Positions 36,144-40,367 of a stretch of 40,367 bases of DNA are shown here, in pieces. The notes below the pieces were generated by a model. That model saw nothing but the letters and a program-made list of their open reading frames with translations, was not told where the DNA came from and made no database searches. The stretch is taken from contig JAZDCZ010000162.1 in the NCBI GenBank assembly GCA_036679605.1, forward strand, positions 1 to 40,367, written 5' to 3'. The position numbers and the translations under genes were made by a program. This DNA comes from Gemmatimonadota bacterium (GTDB lineage Bacteria > Gemmatimonadota > Gemmatimonadetes > Gemmatimonadales > GWC2-71-9). Position 1 is the stretch's first letter. Each line of letters begins with the position of its first letter.

Positions 36144-36510
36144 GGCTGCAACGATGGCCGACGCGACCGCGCTACTTCACGCTTTGGATCGGCGGATAGC
36201 CTTTCACTGTGTGTTCGTGACGCTCACGGGATCAGTCAAGGCAGCGCTGATGTTGTCGCAGGCGTGGCACTGGCAAACCTACCATCAGGCTGGCGCCTGG
36301 TGGTGCGCGGTTCGCGATGACTGGACGCCGGCGACTGGGCTCACACGTAGCGAGCAGGAAGGCGCACGTACGGCCCTGGCCCACGTAAACCTACTGGAGA
36401 GTCGTCTGGCCGGAATACCGGCCAAGCTACACTACCGCGTCAACTTGTCGGAATTAGTGCGGCAGCTAGGGGCCCTCCAGGTAGGTGGCGGAGAGGAGGC
36501 ACGTCGATGA
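36136..36510 (+). CDS. Stand-alone phage replication-protein-type wHTH domain
   Basis: DRRIAFH...TGSVKAALMLSQ..HW...TGLTRSEQEGAR..L...GIPAKLHYRVN. Confidence 0.75.
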   Translation: MSEAATMADATALLHALDRRIAFHCVFVTLTGSVKAALMLSQAWHWQTYHQAGAWWCAVRDDWTPATGLTRSEQEGARTALAHVNLLESRLAGIPAKLHYRVNLSELVRQLGALQVGGGEEARR

Positions 36511-37352
36511 GCGATCGGAAATCCACGCTCAAGCGGTTCTTTACCTGGCGCACAGCGATCACTGAGAGCGATCTGAAGCCCTACACGCGCTTGGTGCTAC
36601 TGACCCTGTCTCTTCACATGAACGAGGCAGGAGAGGGCGCATTCCCGTCCCAGGAGCTCCTAGCGAAGGAAACGGGGATGTCCGAGCGGAGAGTCCGCGA
36701 TCACCTACGCAATGCGATCGAGGCCGGATGGCTGAGTCGAGGTCTAGTCGATTGGAAGGGCCGAGGTTGGAAGCACTACACGTATTGCTCTCGCTTTCCG
36801 AAACATCCGGACGCTGTGTCCGGTATTGAGCTGCAAAAACGAGGTCCGGACGGAACGTCCGCACCTCAAGCGCAAGCCGAAGACAATCGAGGTCCGGACA
36901 CTCCGTCCCCACCTCAAGACGAACGAGGTCCGGACGCTGTGTCACGAGGTCCGGACGCTCCGTCCGAAACCACCGGACGCTCCGTCCGCGAGGTCCGGAC
37001 GGAGGATTTTTGGAAGGACGCTGACGTACCCAAGACGGTGACCCATTGGGGACAGTGCGTCAAAGACGTGAAGCTCGATGACTCGATCCGATTCGGTGCG
37101 AGAACCATCGCTGACCTCTACCGTCGGCACAAGACGACCCCTGAAGTCATATTCCGAGCGATCACGAACTACGGGATCTTCTGCGATCGACTTGTTCGAC
37201 AGCCTGAGTTCCGGAAGGGCCTCGGGAATTTCATGGCCAGGGATTACTGGAAGCAATTCTCAGCCAAGGATTGGACGCCTCCGGATCCGGTCAAACCGAG
37301 CTCGCTATCTGATGTTCTCGAAAAAGTAGAGGCGGAGGAGGCGCGATGCTGA
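36507..37352 (+). CDS. Replication initiator (HTH_36-type N-terminus, iteron-encoding linker, C-terminal allele B)
   Basis: RLVLLTLSLHMN...AFPSQELLAKETGMSERRVR.HL...GWL; internal RGPD repeats. Confidence 0.8.
   Translation: MSDRKSTLKRFFTWRTAITESDLKPYTRLVLLTLSLHMNEAGEGAFPSQELLAKETGMSERRVRDHLRNAIEAGWLSRGLVDWKGRGWKHYTYCSRFPKHPDAVSGIELQKRGPDGTSAPQAQAEDNRGPDTPSPPQDERGPDAVSRGPDAPSETTGRSVREVRTEDFWKDADVPKTVTHWGQCVKDVKLDDSIRFGARTIADLYRRHKTTPEVIFRAITNYGIFCDRLVRQPEFRKGLGNFMARDYWKQFSAKDWTPPDPVKPSSLSDVLEKVEAEEARC
36806..37004 (+). promoter_or_regulatory. Iteron array; candidate replication origin
   Basis: CGAGGTCCGGAC at 36840, 36888, 36924, 36945 and 36989; recurring GGAC-N5-GTCC dyads inside the initiator gene, as with lambda O/ori. 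Confidence 0.75.
36891..37004 (+). repeat. 114-bp direct repeat, copy 2
   Basis: Identical to 1-114. Confidence 0.97.
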
Positions 37353-37783
37353 AAGTGACGTTTTTAGAGCTCTTCGAGCGACTGTGCCTGGATCGTGGAG
37401 CTCAGTTCACAGAGCTACGAGCGAAGATGGCCCGTCGTTGGTTCGAAGAACACGGCAGCGTTGCAGACGACGTACTGAAACAGGCGTTTGGTCAGCTCGG
37501 AGAGATCGACGGATCCAGATTCCCGAGCCGCGGTGACTTCGCCCATGCGATCTCTCGGATTCGTGCACAACAGGCCACTACCGCCGAAACACGTACCTAC
37601 ACTCGCGACGATGAAGAAGAGGGTTCCGAGACGCAGCGCGAGCGAGGCCGTGTTGCACTCCAGGTGATCGTAGAGGGTGTCCGCATGAAGACCGAGCCCG
37701 AAGCGCTCGGAACGATTGTAGAGCGAGTCATGGCGGGACACCCGCCGACATTCCCGAATGAGACGAAAAGGAGTGAGTGCTGA
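37346..37783 (+). CDS. Hypothetical protein, paralog of 513-893
   Basis: F...FE.LC...G...WF...G.....VL..AF pattern shared; same position after the initiator. Confidence 0.65.
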   Translation: MLKVTFLELFERLCLDRGAQFTELRAKMARRWFEEHGSVADDVLKQAFGQLGEIDGSRFPSRGDFAHAISRIRAQQATTAETRTYTRDDEEEGSETQRERGRVALQVIVEGVRMKTEPEALGTIVERVMAGHPPTFPNETKRSEC

Positions 37784-38037
37784 TGTCTAGAGACACCGGA
37801 GACAGGATGAGGTCTGTGCTGACTATCGCAAGGAAGGCGACAGAAGTGATGTTGGAAGACAGCGGGTTCGCTGATTCGCGGCTAGTGCTCATCCTTCTTA
37901 CGCCCGAGAACAAAGGGCTGCTAGACGTGCGGTGCGCATCGAAGGAAGCGGGTTTTCATGCAGCGCAGTCGTTGAGGAAATGCGCAGATGCGATCGAGCA
38001 CTACTGGGAGAAAACACAGCAAGAGGTATCGCACTGA
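37783..38037 (+). CDS. Hypothetical protein, weak paralog of 890-1159
   Basis: LEDSGF...LVLIL...DVRCASKEAG versus LEKAGL...YIIVL...EVASASSENG. Confidence 0.55.
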   Translation: MSRDTGDRMRSVLTIARKATEVMLEDSGFADSRLVLILLTPENKGLLDVRCASKEAGFHAAQSLRKCADAIEHYWEKTQQEVSH

Positions 38038-38420
38038 TGGCTAGGAGGTTGAAGATGAGAGGATGGATTTTGTTAGTGGTGATGGCGTTGGGATCGGGCT
38101 GCGCAGCCCAGAGGCCGGCATTGGTGTTGCCGCCTGTCCAGGACTCAAAGGCGTTCATCGGACATAGATTCGGTGACAAAGACACACGAGAGCAAGCGCT
38201 GAGGATTGGCAAGGCTCTGGCCGAGGCGGGTTGGAAGTACACCATCACAAATAACGCTGGCGTCACAATAGGAGGCGGACTGTGGCTGTTTCGAGTGCCC
38301 GACAACAAAGCCGCGATCGCCGTCGAGAAGGCGCTGGCTGATCAGGGCTTGAAGTTCAAAGTCCTGCTTCGCAAGACACAACCCAAATACGATCTGCAGG
38401 TGTGGGTGGCGGCGGAGTGA
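38037..38420 (+). CDS. Putative lipoprotein
   Basis: MRGWILLVVMALGSGC lipobox-like signal. Confidence 0.6.
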   Translation: MARRLKMRGWILLVVMALGSGCAAQRPALVLPPVQDSKAFIGHRFGDKDTREQALRIGKALAEAGWKYTITNNAGVTIGGGLWLFRVPDNKAAIAVEKALADQGLKFKVLLRKTQPKYDLQVWVAAE

Positions 38421-38767
38421 AACCGGCGAAGAACTTTCAGGAGTTCGTGCGGCGATTGACGTTCTGCGCTGTCCGAGCCTGTCCGAACAAAGATATCCAG
38501 TTCGAACACCACCCAACACGGGGATCCCGTGGAAACATCGATCACGATCGCGGATGGAACTGTTGTAGCGCTCATCACAGAGAGCTCGATGCTCCCAACG
38601 GCGGACGAGCTACGTTTCAGAAGAAATACCGACTCGACCTAAATCGCTACATCGATTTCGCGCAAGCCAGATACCTGGAATTCTGTCCGAACGGAAAAGC
38701 GCTCGTACAGGTCGAGCCATGGAGAGAAAGGGGGAACCTATGCCAGAGTACGACTGCACACGAATAA
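38417..38767 (+). CDS. DUF968/Ref-like HNH-type putative nuclease, paralog of 3686-4078
   Basis: EHHPTRGSRGNIDHDRGWNCCSAHH. Confidence 0.65.
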   Translation: MKPAKNFQEFVRRLTFCAVRACPNKDIQFEHHPTRGSRGNIDHDRGWNCCSAHHRELDAPNGGRATFQKKYRLDLNRYIDFAQARYLEFCPNGKALVQVEPWRERGNLCQSTTAHE

Positions 38768-39045
38768 CCGAACGCCTCAAGGCACTTGGGATGTCAATGC
38801 AGCGACTTGCCGACATCACAGGGAACGACCGTAGAAACATCACGCGATATATCAGCGGCGACGCTCAGCCGTCGCTAAGACACGCGATCGCGATGAGTCA
38901 CGCTCTGAAGACGACTGTCGTGGAGCTATTCCCAACCGTACATAACGAAGTCTGCCGCGAAGTACTGCTTCGCTCAGGTCAGCTTCGCAACAGCTACAAG
39001 CTGCCGAAGTGGGACCCGGCTCGCGTCGCCGGGATTCCGAACTGA
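38740..39045 (+). CDS. XRE-family HTH regulator
   Basis: RLKALGMSMQRLADITGNDRRNITRYISGDAQPSL..AIAMSHALKTTVVELF. Confidence 0.8.
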   Translation: MPEYDCTRITERLKALGMSMQRLADITGNDRRNITRYISGDAQPSLRHAIAMSHALKTTVVELFPTVHNEVCREVLLRSGQLRNSYKLPKWDPARVAGIPN

Positions 39046-39050
39046 GAAAT

Positions 39051-39575
39051 ATGCGTGGGCTGATTCTCATCGTTGCTGCGATTGCAGTTTCCTTGCTTCT
39101 TTCCACTATCCCGGCCGAGGCATGGGACGCCAGGCTGCGAATCCAGGCCGAGCCCGGCGCGACCGATTGGACGGCGCACGTCGTAGTCGATGACCAACCG
39201 GCCGAGGTTATTCCGCTCCTCAACCTGACAACAGATTCAATCGATTCGACGATCGTTCAAGCAGATGCACTCGGAATCGCCGCCGGTCAGAGCTTCACTT
39301 TTCGCGTTCAAGCCATCGACGGGCCGAACGCCGGCGTGCTCTCGAACTCGATCGGGATTGCTTGCGACGACGACTTGATACCGTGCACGGCGACGACGTC
39401 GACCTCGACAACTAGCAGCACGACCTCGACCTCGACGACCACGAGTACAACGACGACGACGCTCGCCCGGTGCGATATCAACGGCGACGGCATGATCGGA
39501 GCATCTGACGCGCTCGCGATCTTGCAAGCCGCGGTCGGCGTGAGGCCGAATCTCTGCGAGGTCAACGGTGACTAA
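39051..39575 (+). CDS. Secreted protein: Fn3-like domain, Thr linker and dockerin-like EF-hand repeat
   Basis: Signal peptide ending AEA; FTFRVQA...SNS; CDINGDGMIGASDALAILQAAVG. Confidence 0.7.
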   Translation: MRGLILIVAAIAVSLLLSTIPAEAWDARLRIQAEPGATDWTAHVVVDDQPAEVIPLLNLTTDSIDSTIVQADALGIAAGQSFTFRVQAIDGPNAGVLSNSIGIACDDDLIPCTATTSTSTTSSTTSTSTTTSTTTTTLARCDINGDGMIGASDALAILQAAVGVRPNLCEVNGD

Positions 39576-40269
39576 ACACCCAATCATCTTCTCCGGTACG
39601 TCCATCCCGGCATTACTCGATGGTCGCAAAACTCAAACACGACGAATCGTTAAGCTCCCTAATCCGACACGGCACGTCGTCGTGGATCCAGGCGGCACGA
39701 TCTTCGGCCCCGGACCATACATCAAGGCATATAGAAACACCGATATGTCGCCACCCGAAGACGGCAACATAGCAGCAATGCACCCACGCGTTCATTGTCC
39801 CTACGGATACCCCGGCGATCGGCTGTGGGTGAAGGAGGCGTACGCAGCGCACGAATTGTATGAAGCACTTAAGCCGTCAGAGATACCCGCCGAAGGTCGG
39901 GTGTGGTCGCGTCTCTGGTTTGCAGCGAGAGATTCTGGTTGCGAAGACGGCCCCGATCACTCCGACGCTGGCCGCTGGCGTAACTGCCTGTTCATGCCGC
40001 TCTGGGCCTCTCGCATCACACTAGAAGTAACCGACGTTCGTGTAGAGCGCGTGCAGGGGATCAGCGAGGAAGATGCGATAGCCGAGGGTGTTGATGCAGT
40101 TTCCATGGCAGCGATGCCTCGACAGGGGACCTGGACGCGTCGGCAGGACTTCGCGCAAATCTGGAACAAACTAAACGGTAAGAAGCCCGGATGTTCGTGG
40201 GACGATAATCCTTGGGTTTGGGTGATCGAGTTTCGACGTATCGAGCCGAATAAGGAAGGCCATGCGTAA
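39568..40269 (+). CDS. ASCH/PUA-like phage protein, intact paralog of 35392-36143
   Basis: PIIFS...GRKTQTRRI...CPYG.PGDRLWVKE...MP.WASRITLE...NPWVWV. Confidence 0.8.
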   Translation: MTKHPIIFSGTSIPALLDGRKTQTRRIVKLPNPTRHVVVDPGGTIFGPGPYIKAYRNTDMSPPEDGNIAAMHPRVHCPYGYPGDRLWVKEAYAAHELYEALKPSEIPAEGRVWSRLWFAARDSGCEDGPDHSDAGRWRNCLFMPLWASRITLEVTDVRVERVQGISEEDAIAEGVDAVSMAAMPRQGTWTRRQDFAQIWNKLNGKKPGCSWDDNPWVWVIEFRRIEPNKEGHA

Positions 40270-40367
40270 CGAACCGAACGTCCGCATTGAGCACCTGCGC
40301 TGTTATAGACCTCCCTTCACAAGCGAACCCGGCAAGAACTACGGTTTATTCGTTGACGGTCCCCTAC
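40262..40367 (+). CDS. Hypothetical protein, 3'-truncated (MRNEPNVRIEHLR...GKNYGLF)
   Basis: ATG after AAGGAAGG; frame open to the window end. Confidence 0.5.
   Translation, partial: MRNEPNVRIEHLRCYRPPFTSEPGKNYGLFVDGPL

Larger units (their letters stand above)
1..36890. mobile_element. Temperate podovirus-like phage/prophage, one genome unit (circularly permuted)
   Basis: Packaging, head, tail, lysis, integration and replication modules are all present. Bases 1-114 repeat at 36891-37004, and joining 36890 to 1 gives an in-frame initiator gene. Confidence 0.85.

Noticed and set aside
36806..37004. CGAGGTCCGGAC repeats as a CRISPR array
   Set aside because: Repeats are 12 bp with irregular spacing, lie inside a coding gene, and have no cas genes nearby. 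Iterons fit better.
35841..40234. Near-identical patches as a diversity-generating retroelement TR/VR pair (structural genes are BPP-1-like)
   Set aside because: Mismatches are not adenine-specific and are mostly synonymous, both copies lie in paralogous genes, and no reverse transcriptase is present in the window.

Overview
The window holds an apparently complete temperate podovirus-type phage or prophage. It encodes TerS and TerL, a T7/BPP-1-like head-tail connector, scaffold, major capsid protein, tail tubular proteins A and B, four ejection (internal virion) proteins, fibre genes, a lysis cassette, a tyrosine integrase beside a 5' half tRNA-Lys (candidate att site), and a lambda-O-like replication initiator with internal iterons. 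I recognised no RNA or DNA polymerase. Bases 1-114 are identical to 36891-37004, so 1-36890 closes into a circle with an intact initiator gene. Bases 37005-40367 are a second, diverged set of early genes joined inside the last iteron. The main unusual signals are: (i) a structured leader before the capsid gene with three copies of the same GAYAC/CT asymmetric internal loop; (ii) a 21-32 bp element repeated upstream of three late gene blocks; (iii) signal-peptide-bearing, Cys-rich, Thr-linker proteins in the tail-fibre locus plus a dockerin-like secreted protein; (iv) two micro-ORFs carrying 8-aa snippets of the portal; (v) an ejection protein with ART-like and HExxH domains; (vi) two frameshifted genes. 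All family calls come from motif recognition by eye, not from database searches.
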